Assembly: GCA_035758565.1 (NCBI GenBank)
Contig: DASTXL010000001.1
Coordinates: forward strand, 139,242 to 203,241
DNA length: 64,000 nucleotides
Direction of reading: 5' to 3'
Source: Candidatus Saccharimonadales bacterium
Lineage (GTDB): Bacteria; Patescibacteriota; Saccharimonadia; Saccharimonadales; UBA10212
The translations under genes were made by a program, and so were the position numbers. How positions within the stretch are numbered: the stretch's first letter is position 1; every line of letters starts with the position of its first letter. Positions 16,522 to 24,575 of this stretch are shown here, one piece after another. The notes beneath the pieces were generated by a model that worked only from the letters and a program-made list of their open reading frames with translations, did not search any database and had not been told where the DNA came from.

Positions 16522-17106
16522 ATGCAAAGTTTAGCTCAGAAAATTAGTGACAAGCACAAGAAAAGCGCCGTAGTGACAATCAAGAGCGGTGACACCGTTC
16601 GCGTTCACCAAAAAATTGTCGAAGGCGGCAAAGAGCGCGTTCAGATTTTTGAAGGCCTAGTAATTCGCGTCAGCCGTACCAATTCCCTAACTAGCACCTT
16701 TACTGTTCGCCGCATTGCCAGCGGCGTAGGGGTTGAAAAGACTTATTTGATTCACTCACCAAATGTTTTGAAAGTAGAAGTTACCAAACGCAGCAAAGTT
16801 CGCCGCAACTACCTGACCTACATGCGCGCCCGCACCGGCAAGAGTGCCCGCTTGACCAGCGTTGATTTTGACCGCCGCGCCGTAAACGATGTTCACGATG
16901 CTGCTACTACCGCCGAAGAAGAGCGTATTGTTCACGAACACACCGAAGAGCACGAACCTCTAGCCGCAGAGGCTAAAGAACAAAAAGCCGAAGCTGAGGC
17001 AGAAGCCAAGGCCGAAGCGCCAAAAACCGAAGCCGAAAAACTAGAAGCCCAACCCCTAGAAAGAGCGGAAGCTAAATCTCCCGCTCAACAGCAAAATAAG
17101 GAATAA
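16522..17106 (+). CDS. rplS: 50S ribosomal protein L19 with C-terminal low-complexity extension of about 75 aa
   Basis: GDTVRVHQKIVEGGKERVQIFEGLVI..RRIASGVGVEKTYLIHSP core, then an EAKAEAEAEAKAEAPK-type tail. Confidence 0.9.
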   Translation: MQSLAQKISDKHKKSAVVTIKSGDTVRVHQKIVEGGKERVQIFEGLVIRVSRTNSLTSTFTVRRIASGVGVEKTYLIHSPNVLKVEVTKRSKVRRNYLTYMRARTGKSARLTSVDFDRRAVNDVHDAATTAEEERIVHEHTEEHEPLAAEAKEQKAEAEAEAKAEAPKTEAEKLEAQPLERAEAKSPAQQQNKE

Positions 17107-17131
17107 GTTTGCTTTTATTACAAAAACATTG

Positions 17132-17160
17132 TTGACAATGTTTATTAATTTTGTTATTAT
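17132..17160 (+). promoter_or_regulatory. Strong sigma70-type promoter
   Basis: TTGACA (17132-17137), a 17-nt spacer, and an extended -10 TGtTATTAT (17152-17160). Confidence 0.65.
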
Positions 17161-17166
17161 ATCGCC

Positions 17167-17760
17167 AACGTCGTGACTTCCGGAGAGCCACGTCTACCCG
17201 GTAGGGTCTAATCTCCGGCGGGTTTGGGAGCCTGATCACCATCAAGGGAGCCAAAACCTGGCCATAACGGAAGATTCCCACTGGCAAGACTTCGGTCTAC
17301 CAGATCTCCGTTCCTGTTAAAGTCGCGAGCTCAGCGCGCAAACATCAGGGTCCTTCGGGATGAGATGCGCCTTCGGGCACTGTCTGAGACGGGTCTTGAG
17401 GAAGACTCGCATTCGCTAGTGCGATATCGAGGGCATCGGCGCGGTGAACCGCAGTCGATGGTCGCACACAGTTCCCGCTGTCCTCTAGTCGTTTTACGGC
17501 TAGGCAGGAACTATTCCTCCTACAAAGCCGGGTTCCACCGAGTGGCGTCGCCTGAGGGCGGCCCGGACGTCCAAGACGTCACTCAACGTGTTCGGGTCGG
17601 TCGGCCTCCAAAGCTGATCGCACAAAAAAGCCGGGGCAAAGGTCCCTCCGGACTCCGCAAGAGAGATCCGGGAAAACCTAGGAGAGGATTGTAGCGACCC
17701 GACGCTGCGAACCTACCTCCCCCCGCTTGGTCTTCGGACCGAGCGGGGCTCTTTTCTTTT
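17167..17760 (+). ncRNA. Unclassified large structured RNA (about 590 nt)
   Basis: Bounded by the promoter above and the terminator at 17721-17760. GC-rich relative to its flanks. Many local stems and four C(UUCG)G tetraloops (17290-17295, 17353-17358, 17371-17376, 17732-17737), plus the stem CATCG..GCGG-tgaa-CCGC..CGATG (17434-17460). The only ORF is an Arg-rich shadow. Confidence 0.6.
17721..17760 (+). terminator. Rho-independent terminator
   Basis: CCCCGCTTGGTC-ttcg-GACCGAGCGGGG (12 bp including one G-U pair) followed by CTCTTTTCTTTT. Confidence 0.8.
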
Positions 17761-17776
17761 AGGCTATAATTCAAAT

Positions 17777-18454
17777 ATGAAAACGGTCGTTATAACTGGT
17801 TCTAGCAGGGGCATTGGCTTGGCTACGGCCCAACTATTTTTAGATAAAGGTTGGCGGGTTATAGGTACTTTTAATAAAACCGCCATTCCGCTTCAACACA
17901 AAAATCTGATTAGAGTTAGACTTGACTTGTCCCAGCCCAAAGATATTGCTGGAACCGCAAAATCTATCACCGAACATTCGTCGCATATTGACGCTTTGAT
18001 AAATAACGCCGGCGTAGCTCTGGACCAAAAAAGCGAAGGCATAGATATAGACGTTATTAGAAAGACTTTTGAGGTTAATTTATTTAACCTTGTTGATTTG
18101 ACTCAGCGACTCGTCCCGTTAATGGCCAAAGGCGCCCATGTCATAAACATAGACTCCAACTATGGAGCTCAATCATTACCAATCGATGATGACACCCATG
18201 TTGGCTACAGATTGTCAAAAGCGGCGCTCAATATGTATACGCGTATCCTAGCCTTCCATCTAAAAGGTCAAGGGGTAATTATTTCGTCTCTGGATCCGGG
18301 CTGGGTAAGGACGGACATGGGCTACGAAGCCGGTGATGATGTGTTCCAGCCAGATAGGGAAGCAGACGAGGTCGCTCAAGACATCTACGATATCGTGCAA
18401 ACGGTGAAAGAATCCGGCTTTTTTTGGCGCTTTGGCCAAAAACGTGAGTGGTAG
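17777..18454 (+). CDS. Short-chain dehydrogenase/reductase
   Basis: VVITGSSRGIGLATA cofactor motif, NNAG, and a YxxxK-type YRLSK. Confidence 0.85.
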   Translation: MKTVVITGSSRGIGLATAQLFLDKGWRVIGTFNKTAIPLQHKNLIRVRLDLSQPKDIAGTAKSITEHSSHIDALINNAGVALDQKSEGIDIDVIRKTFEVNLFNLVDLTQRLVPLMAKGAHVINIDSNYGAQSLPIDDDTHVGYRLSKAALNMYTRILAFHLKGQGVIISSLDPGWVRTDMGYEAGDDVFQPDREADEVAQDIYDIVQTVKESGFFWRFGQKREW

Positions 18455-18460
18455 CGCTAG

Positions 18461-19018
18461 TTAGCTTATTTGTATTTGAGGGGTGTCGATGTCCATCAGA
18501 GCGATGCGTTGCTCGTCTGGGTTGAAGGTCAACTTATTATAAACACTCGGTCGACTTCCGGCCTGATATTCTATAACCTCTGCCTGTGGCACAAAGAGCA
18601 AATCTTCGTCTTGAGCGGCGCTTAAACAAATAGAATCAAATCGGACCAATGATCCTATCGGTTTGGTGCCTGCGCCTACTGTCACCGGCTTATTGTCTGC
18701 CGGATTTAATGTGAAGGATTGATAGTCTATTGGGCTGTCTACTATCAAAAGAGCCTCATCCAGAATGTCGATAGTTAAACTATTGAACATAAGGGGCGCC
18801 TTGGCACCTACCAAACGTGAGTGTTCGGCGATGTCGTCGGCTATTTCTGCCATTTTAGTAACCGCTCTGATATATTTGCCCAAAATTCGATTAGCCTCGA
18901 TTACCTGAACTTCATAAACAGGAAAAGTGTAGTCGTTATCTAAATAAAGCTGAGCGGCTACCGGTTCGGCTTGTCGATCGGCCTGCCGGCGGTCAAATCT
19001 TCTTCTTCGAAAACTCAT
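18461..19018 (-). CDS. Hypothetical protein (186 aa from the internal ATG)
   Basis: The longer ORF (to 19165) would overlap rnhB. The ATG at 19018 gives MSFRRRRFDRRQ... No recognisable motif. Confidence 0.5.
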   Translation of the reverse strand: MSFRRRRFDRRQADRQAEPVAAQLYLDNDYTFPVYEVQVIEANRILGKYIRAVTKMAEIADDIAEHSRLVGAKAPLMFNSLTIDILDEALLIVDSPIDYQSFTLNPADNKPVTVGAGTKPIGSLVRFDSICLSAAQDEDLLFVPQAEVIEYQAGSRPSVYNKLTFNPDEQRIALMDIDTPQIQIS

Positions 19019-19061
19019 TAGCGGTATAATTGTAAATATCAATAGAGCGGGGGACTGTAAA

Positions 19062-19628
19062 ATAATTGGCATTGATGAAGTCGGTAGGGGCTGTTTGGCG
19101 GGGCCGCTTTTAGTGGTTGCCGCCCGGTCAAAAGGCGAATTGCCGCCAGGGCTTAAGGATTCCAAATTATTAACTCGTGCCCAGCGCGAAGCTTTTTATA
19201 AAAACTTAATTGAAGTCTGCGACTTTGGCGAAGGCTGGGTAAGCGCGGCCGAAATTAACAAACTTGGACTGGGCCGGTGCCTGAGGCTGGGAGTGAAGCG
19301 GGCAATTGATGATTTGCAGGTTGAATTAGACGAAGAGATTATGATGGACGGCATCGTCAATTACATTCCCAAAAAATTTATCAACCGTCGGTGCGAAGCT
19401 AAAGCCGATAATAATTATCCAATTGTTAGTGCGGCCAGCATACTGGCCAAAGTCAAACGCGATGATTATATGCGCAAACTAGCTATAAAATATTCCGAAT
19501 ATGGGTTCGAAAGCCACGTCGGCTACGGAACCAAGGCGCATTATTTGGCAATTCAAAAACTTGGCCCGCTTAAATTTGTTCATCGCACCAACTTTGCTCC
19601 GTTTCAGGAATTACCACAGCAGCTATGA
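19062..19628 (+). CDS. rnhB: Ribonuclease HII (start codon apparently non-canonical)
   Basis: The catalytic motif IGIDEVGRGCLAGP is encoded at 19065-19106. That is upstream of the first in-frame ATG/GTG/TTG (19095). GGGGGA at 19049-19054 could act as an SD for ATA 19062 or ATT 19065. Confidence 0.8.
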   Translation: MIGIDEVGRGCLAGPLLVVAARSKGELPPGLKDSKLLTRAQREAFYKNLIEVCDFGEGWVSAAEINKLGLGRCLRLGVKRAIDDLQVELDEEIMMDGIVNYIPKKFINRRCEAKADNNYPIVSAASILAKVKRDDYMRKLAIKYSEYGFESHVGYGTKAHYLAIQKLGPLKFVHRTNFAPFQELPQQL

Positions 19629-19963
19629 AAACTACCGAGCAAGGCAGGGCGGCGGAGGTAGCTGTCGCTAATCAATTAAAATCTCAGGGCTATGAAATTA
19701 TTGCCCAAAACTGGCGGACTCGCTTGTGCGAGATCGATATTGTCGCCAAAAAGAAAAAGACCATTTATTTTGTTGAAGTTAAGTACCGTGCCTCCAGCTT
19801 ACAGGGAGACGGGTTTGACCACATAACTGCTCGTAAACTACAGCAGATGACATTTGCGGCACGAAATTGGGTGGCCGAAAACGACTGGCGCGGCGACTAT
19901 TGCTTGCTGGCCGCAGCGGTCAGCGGCATTGATGCTAGCAAAATTGAAATGATCGAGCTTTAG
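19625..19963 (+). CDS. yraN: YraN-family (UPF0102) endonuclease-like protein
   Basis: GRAAE..A..YL..GYEIIAQNWR..CEIDIVA....IYFVEVKYR pattern. 4-nt overlap with rnhB. Confidence 0.8.
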   Translation: MKTTEQGRAAEVAVANQLKSQGYEIIAQNWRTRLCEIDIVAKKKKTIYFVEVKYRASSLQGDGFDHITARKLQQMTFAARNWVAENDWRGDYCLLAAAVSGIDASKIEMIEL

Positions 19964-22519
19964 CTATCGCTCTTTAAAGAAATCTTGGACTGAATCAAAG
20001 TCTCGCTTGCGCCAAGCGGCTTGCCACTCAATAGTTTCGAGTGCTTTTTTGTATTCGCGGCGGATACTTGGTGTTAGTTGTGGTTCAAAAAACTTTACGA
20101 AGTCCTTTTTAAATTCATCATCAGAAAATGAGCGAGCGGCGTAGGCTGGCATGCGGGCAAAGCCTAACTCTGCGCCCAAACTATTTTCTAGCCACTTCCA
20201 GTTTTCTTTCAGCCATTGCCAGGTAGCGTGCTTGGCGTGACGGTTAGCAAAGCTGTAGCCTACCCAGTAGCCAATGTCCTGCGCCCGCACTACCGGACTT
20301 TTAATCAGAGACAACGCTTCTTTATATAGTTCGGGCTGCTTAAAGCCGGTTAGGGCGCTGGCTAAAGTGACTTTTTCGCTGGCCGAGTTAGAGTCTTCGT
20401 AAAATTTCTTTAGTTTTTTAAATTCCTTATCGCCGCCCTTTCTTACCGCCGTGGCATAAATAACGCCTCGGATATCGGGTCGTTCGTCCTCTGGTTTGGT
20501 CATTTTTTCAAAACGGCTTAGCGCTTCTTTGACTACCTCTTGATTATTTCCAAGAGAAGCTAGCCCCAGTACGGTTGGGCGCAGCAAGCTATCGAAGTGC
20601 GTCTCTTTTTTGGCCTGTTCCCAGCCTAGCCGTTCAACCTGTTCGGCAGTTACCCGGGCAAGATATGGTTTCATTGCTTCAATCAACTCGTCGCTGCCAA
20701 ACACGCGGCGAATATCGGCCAAAACCATAGATATGGTGTCCCAGACGGGCGAACTGTGTTCGCTGTGGTAAAAACTCAGTAAATTAAGCGCTTGAGCGGT
20801 AGGTAAATAGCCAGAGCGAGCGGCGGAAAAACTATCGAAGAGTAAACCTAACCGCTCAGCTTCATTTAAACTACCCGCTTCAACGAGCGCTCCAAAGCGG
20901 GCATAAGTCTCTTTGTCGTAGGTTGTTAAATAAAAACCGCTGTGACCCTGATTTAGTAGAGGAGTATCAGAAGACCATTCGATAGAAGTGGATTTATCTG
21001 TGAGGGCGTCTAGTCCAATCATTGGGCAGTTCAGTGGTATTTGCCAGACTGTATCGGAGTTGTGTCCGGCACCATGGAGGGCAAAAAAGCGCTGTTGATG
21101 CAAGACTAGTTCGTCGTTATGATGCTTAACCGATAGCACCGGATAACCCGGTTCGCCAACCCATGTGTGCATAAATTCGCGAACTGGTTTGCCACTAATT
21201 TTGGCTAGTGCTGCCCAAAGGTCGTTAGTTTCTGTGTTGCCGTAGGCGTGAGTTTTTAAGTAATAGCGCAGACCGTCACGAAAAGCTTCACCGCCCAGAT
21301 AGGCTTGGAGCATGTGAATTACAGCCGAGCCTTTTTGGTAGCTAATGTCGTCAAAGATGGTGCGAATTTCGTCCGGGTGGTTGATTGGCACTTCTATTGG
21401 GTGAGTGTTTGCTAGTGAATCACTTCGAAGTCCTAAGAACTGATCGTCAACAATGTACTGAGCCCACATATCCCACTGAGGGAACAGCTCGTCGCAGGCC
21501 AGATATTCAATCCAGCTAGCAAAGCCTTCGTTAAGCCATAAATCAGTCCACCAACGCATAGTCACTAAGTTGCCAAACCACTGGTGAGCTAGCTCGTGAG
21601 CAATCACCATGGCGACGTATTGTTTCATTTCAATCGACGTGTTGGCCGGATCAACCAACAGAGCCTGTTCGCGGTAGGTAACCAGTCCCCAATTTTCCAT
21701 AGCGCCGCTAGAAAAGTCCGGCAGAGCTATCATGTCGAGTTTGGGCAGAGGATAGGGAATATCAAAATATTCGTTATAAAACTCCAGGCAGCGTACGCCG
21801 GTTTCAGTGGCGAATTCTGTAAATTTAGCATTGTCTGGCGTGGCGTAAGACCGAACGACCACACCGCTGTTGGTTTTTGCCTCGGTATAGGCCAGTTCTC
21901 CAAACACAAAAGCTACCAGGTAGGTGCTCATTTTGGGCGTGGTTTCAAATTCGGTTAATAATCCACCGCTTTTTTTAATTTGTTTTTTAACCGGCGTGTT
22001 GGCCAGTACGGTTTCGTTTTTACCGGCTGGTGTGAGCAGGCTCAAATCAAAAGTCGCTTTGGCTTCGGGTTCGTCAATGCACGGAAAAACCTCGCGGGCG
22101 TAATGGCTTTCGAATTGGGTAGCGATAAGTTTTTTATCCTGGCCGTTATGAGTAAAGTAACAAGGGTAAATGCCGTGCATTTGATCTGTTATTTTGCCGC
22201 TGAACTCCAGCTCGATCTCGTATTCACCTGCGTAAACCATCTCGGTTGAATGCAGGCGGACTTCGTCGTAAGTTTCGTGGCGGTTAATGCGGTCTATTTC
22301 AATTTGTAGTTCACCGCGTTTTTTATCAAACTTAGTGACTTTGGCCGACGTAAATTTAAGACCTTTTTGATGAAAGGTAAGCCGCTGGCTGGGCTTGCCA
22401 TGCCTGCGCCCGCGGATTTTGATAGTTCCAGCAAACGTCATGGCCTCTCGATCCGGGGCCAAATAAAGGGAATAATGTTCCGGCCGAAACTCCGCAACCA
22501 GTCGTTTTACTTTCTTCAC
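19964..22519 (-). CDS. pepN: Aminopeptidase N (M1 family)
   Basis: GAMENWG and HELAHQWFGNLVTMRWWTDLWLNEGFA zinc-binding motifs. Confidence 0.95.
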   Translation of the reverse strand: MKKVKRLVAEFRPEHYSLYLAPDREAMTFAGTIKIRGRRHGKPSQRLTFHQKGLKFTSAKVTKFDKKRGELQIEIDRINRHETYDEVRLHSTEMVYAGEYEIELEFSGKITDQMHGIYPCYFTHNGQDKKLIATQFESHYAREVFPCIDEPEAKATFDLSLLTPAGKNETVLANTPVKKQIKKSGGLLTEFETTPKMSTYLVAFVFGELAYTEAKTNSGVVVRSYATPDNAKFTEFATETGVRCLEFYNEYFDIPYPLPKLDMIALPDFSSGAMENWGLVTYREQALLVDPANTSIEMKQYVAMVIAHELAHQWFGNLVTMRWWTDLWLNEGFASWIEYLACDELFPQWDMWAQYIVDDQFLGLRSDSLANTHPIEVPINHPDEIRTIFDDISYQKGSAVIHMLQAYLGGEAFRDGLRYYLKTHAYGNTETNDLWAALAKISGKPVREFMHTWVGEPGYPVLSVKHHNDELVLHQQRFFALHGAGHNSDTVWQIPLNCPMIGLDALTDKSTSIEWSSDTPLLNQGHSGFYLTTYDKETYARFGALVEAGSLNEAERLGLLFDSFSAARSGYLPTAQALNLLSFYHSEHSSPVWDTISMVLADIRRVFGSDELIEAMKPYLARVTAEQVERLGWEQAKKETHFDSLLRPTVLGLASLGNNQEVVKEALSRFEKMTKPEDERPDIRGVIYATAVRKGGDKEFKKLKKFYEDSNSASEKVTLASALTGFKQPELYKEALSLIKSPVVRAQDIGYWVGYSFANRHAKHATWQWLKENWKWLENSLGAELGFARMPAYAARSFSDDEFKKDFVKFFEPQLTPSIRREYKKALETIEWQAAWRKRDFDSVQDFFKER

Positions 22520-22544
22520 TTATTCTATTGTACCAGGCTAAAAT

Positions 22545-22572
22545 TTGCAGGAAGTTAGAAATTTGCTATAAT
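22545..22572 (+). promoter_or_regulatory. Putative nusA promoter
   Basis: TTGCAG (22545-22550), a 16-nt spacer, and an extended -10 TGcTATAAT (22564-22572). Confidence 0.5.
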
Positions 22573-22616
22573 TAGAGCTAATGTCCGGCCGAATTGGTCG
22601 GATTTTTCATTCAGAA

Positions 22617-22784
22617 CAGAACTTTCACAACGCGTCAGCCTGCTTTCCGGTGAAGCCGGAAACTCCGCCGACGCTTTTGGCAAACTGCAGTGTTGTCGGC
22701 TGCGATACTCCGTCACTGTATTACAATACAGTTCCGTCCGTTTCTCGCCGACGCCTTGCAGTTTATCCAAATGTGAAACTTCTG
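22617..22784 (+). promoter_or_regulatory. Structured 5' leader of nusA (closing helix plus three hairpins)
   Basis: Closing stem 22617-22629/22772-22784 pairs at 12 of 13 positions. A second stem is GCGTC/GACGC (22632-22636/22750-22754). Hairpins at 22644-22662, 22667-22700 and 22715-22732. Confidence 0.45.
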
Positions 22785-22820
22785 ATTGGGTAACCTAAGA
22801 AAGGAAAAAACATCGTGGAA

Positions 22821-23987
22821 ATGGATTTTAAACAACTAGCCCAGGCTATAAAACTGATCGCCGAAGAAAAAAACCTACCGGAAGAGCAGGTGCAGGACGT
22901 TGTGCAGCAAGCTTTGGCTGCTGCCTGGCGCCGCGACTACGGCGACCGCGAGCAAGAAGTTCGCGTGACTATGAACTTAAACACCGGCGAAGTTACGGCT
23001 TATGTAACTAAAGAAGTCGTCGACGAAGTCGAAGACGAGCATACTCAAATTAGCCTTAGCCAAGCTCAGGTTATTCGCAAGAACGCCAAGGTTGGCGAGA
23101 CCGTTGAGCTAGAACAAAAGGTGGAAGACTTCGGCCGCGTGGCCGCTCAAACCGCCAAGCAGGTTATTATGCAGCGCTTGCGCGAAGCCGAGCGCGAAAT
23201 TGTTCTGGCTGAGTACGAAGACAAAATAGGCACTTTGGTTAATGGTGTCGTTGCCCGCGTAGAGGGCCGTGTAGTTCGCATGGAGCTCGGCCGCGCCCAA
23301 GGTTTATTGCCAGCCAGCGAGCAAATTCAAGGTGAACGCTACTACCCTGGCCAGCGCCTCAAACTATTTTTGAAGGACGTCGAAAAAGGCTTCCGTGGCC
23401 CACAGCTGATTGTCAGCCGCGGCTGCAAGGAATTTATCGAAGAGCTGTTTAAGGCCGAGGTTCCAGAAATGGAGGGCGGTGCGGTTGAAATTAAAGCCAT
23501 CGCCCGTGAAGCTGGTGTCCGTAGCAAAATCGCCGTTGCCAGCAATGTGCCTGGAGTTGACCCGGTTGGCACTTTTGTTGGTGGTCACGGTACTCGTATC
23601 AATGCGGTCCGCGACGAAATCGGCAACCAAGAAATGATCGATATTGTCGTTTGGGATGAAGACAAGGCCACTTTTGTTGCCAATGCCATGAAGCCGGCAA
23701 ATGTCGTTCGCGTTCAGCTTGGCAAAGAAGGAAAGGCTACTGTTGTTGTGGCCGAGGATCAGCTAAGTATAGCTATTGGTAAATCAGGTCAAAACGTCCG
23801 TTTGGCGGGCAAATTGACTGGCTATGAGCTGGATGTCGAAGCCGATAAAGCCAACTCTTCAGTGCCAGCTAGCGATGAAGAGCAGCCCGTTAGCACTGTT
23901 GAATCTAAGCCGGTAGTTCAGAAGCTCAAAAAGAAGACCGAGCTGGAAAGCAGCTTGCTCGAAGCTATCGAAGAACACGGAGAATAA
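22821..23987 (+). CDS. nusA: Transcription termination/antitermination factor NusA
   Basis: N-terminal domain, S1 domain and two KH domains (..GVDPVGTFVGGHGTRINAV.. and ..LSIAIGKSGQNVRLAGKLTG..). The GTG at 22815 is an alternative start. Confidence 0.95.
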   Translation: MDFKQLAQAIKLIAEEKNLPEEQVQDVVQQALAAAWRRDYGDREQEVRVTMNLNTGEVTAYVTKEVVDEVEDEHTQISLSQAQVIRKNAKVGETVELEQKVEDFGRVAAQTAKQVIMQRLREAEREIVLAEYEDKIGTLVNGVVARVEGRVVRMELGRAQGLLPASEQIQGERYYPGQRLKLFLKDVEKGFRGPQLIVSRGCKEFIEELFKAEVPEMEGGAVEIKAIAREAGVRSKIAVASNVPGVDPVGTFVGGHGTRINAVRDEIGNQEMIDIVVWDEDKATFVANAMKPANVVRVQLGKEGKATVVVAEDQLSIAIGKSGQNVRLAGKLTGYELDVEADKANSSVPASDEEQPVSTVESKPVVQKLKKKTELESSLLEAIEEHGE

Positions 23988-24386
23988 ATGGGCGAACCAC
24001 TGCGAATTGGTTCTGAAGACGAAGAGCCAGCCTCGTACCAAGTGCAAGACCCCCAGACGGGACTAAATTTTTATCGTTCTGTCAGTGGAGTAAACGGCGA
24101 AATCTCTGAAGACGCAGCTTCAAAAAGAGATTTTGACGACCAGGTCAATGCCGCCAAGTGTCGTACGCGAGCCCGCTGGCTCATGGTAATGGCCGACTAT
24201 GGCATTGAACCAAGGATGGCCAGCGAGCGCGAAGCTCTGGTGGATGCTTCTAAGCGTGGCTATAGGATGAACGGTTATGACCCAGAAAAGGCAGACTTAG
24301 TCGTGCATCCTCAAGAGGAGTATATTCGCTTGTTTGCCGGAAGCTTGGAAGCTATTGCTAAAAAATTAGACGGACGTCGAAAGTAA
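23988..24386 (+). CDS. Hypothetical protein (132 aa) in the position usually held by ylxR/infB
   Basis: ATG overlaps the nusA stop (TAAATG). No recognisable motif. Confidence 0.5.
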   Translation: MGEPLRIGSEDEEPASYQVQDPQTGLNFYRSVSGVNGEISEDAASKRDFDDQVNAAKCRTRARWLMVMADYGIEPRMASEREALVDASKRGYRMNGYDPEKADLVVHPQEEYIRLFAGSLEAIAKKLDGRRK

Positions 24387-24402
24387 AGACGCCAAGACGC
24401 AA

Positions 24403-24429
24403 TTAGCACTCTTGACTCGTGAGTGCTAA
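24403..24429. promoter_or_regulatory. CIRCE operator (HrcA-binding inverted repeat)
   Basis: TTAGCACTC-ttgactcgt-GAGTGCTAA is an exact match to the consensus TTAGCACTC-N9-GAGTGCTAA. The spacer carries a TTGACT -35-like hexamer. Confidence 0.88.
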
Positions 24430-24575
24430 TTTATGGTATTATTGGAGTACTGAATTAAAGCGATTCCGTTAAAGTCATTACAGCTAGCTTTAAGAAGTAA
24501 GAAATACAATAGCGGGTATAAGAACGATATAGAAAGGAGAAGTAACCAACAAACCCTATTGGTTACAAAAAATAG

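Noticed and set aside
17365-17694. 109-aa ORF (and 17583-17774 on the minus strand) inside the RNA locus
   Set aside because: The translation is Arg/Gly/Pro-rich with no SD. It coincides with dense stem-loops and looks like a by-product of GC-rich structured RNA.
17167-17760. Assigning the large RNA to RNase P, tmRNA, SRP/4.5S, 6S or a group II intron
   Set aside because: - No GGAAAGUCC P4 5' strand or ACAGAA-CCGGCUUA P4 3' strand.
- No GGGG.. acceptor, T-arm or CCA 3' end, and no tag ORF.
- The hairpin CAUCAGGGUCC-UUCG-GGAUGAGAUG lacks the SRP GGAA/AGCA loops.
- No domain 5-like hairpin.
- It is left unclassified rather than forced into a family.
22715-22732. ACTGTATtacaATACAGT as a LexA SOS box (CTGT-N8-ACAG)
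   Set aside because: - The geometry matches the gammaproteobacterial consensus, but that motif is lineage-specific.
- The site lies about 145 nt downstream of the promoter, inside a larger RNA fold.
- The related dnaE-upstream copy has N9 spacing.
- It is kept only as an alternative hypothesis in the findings.
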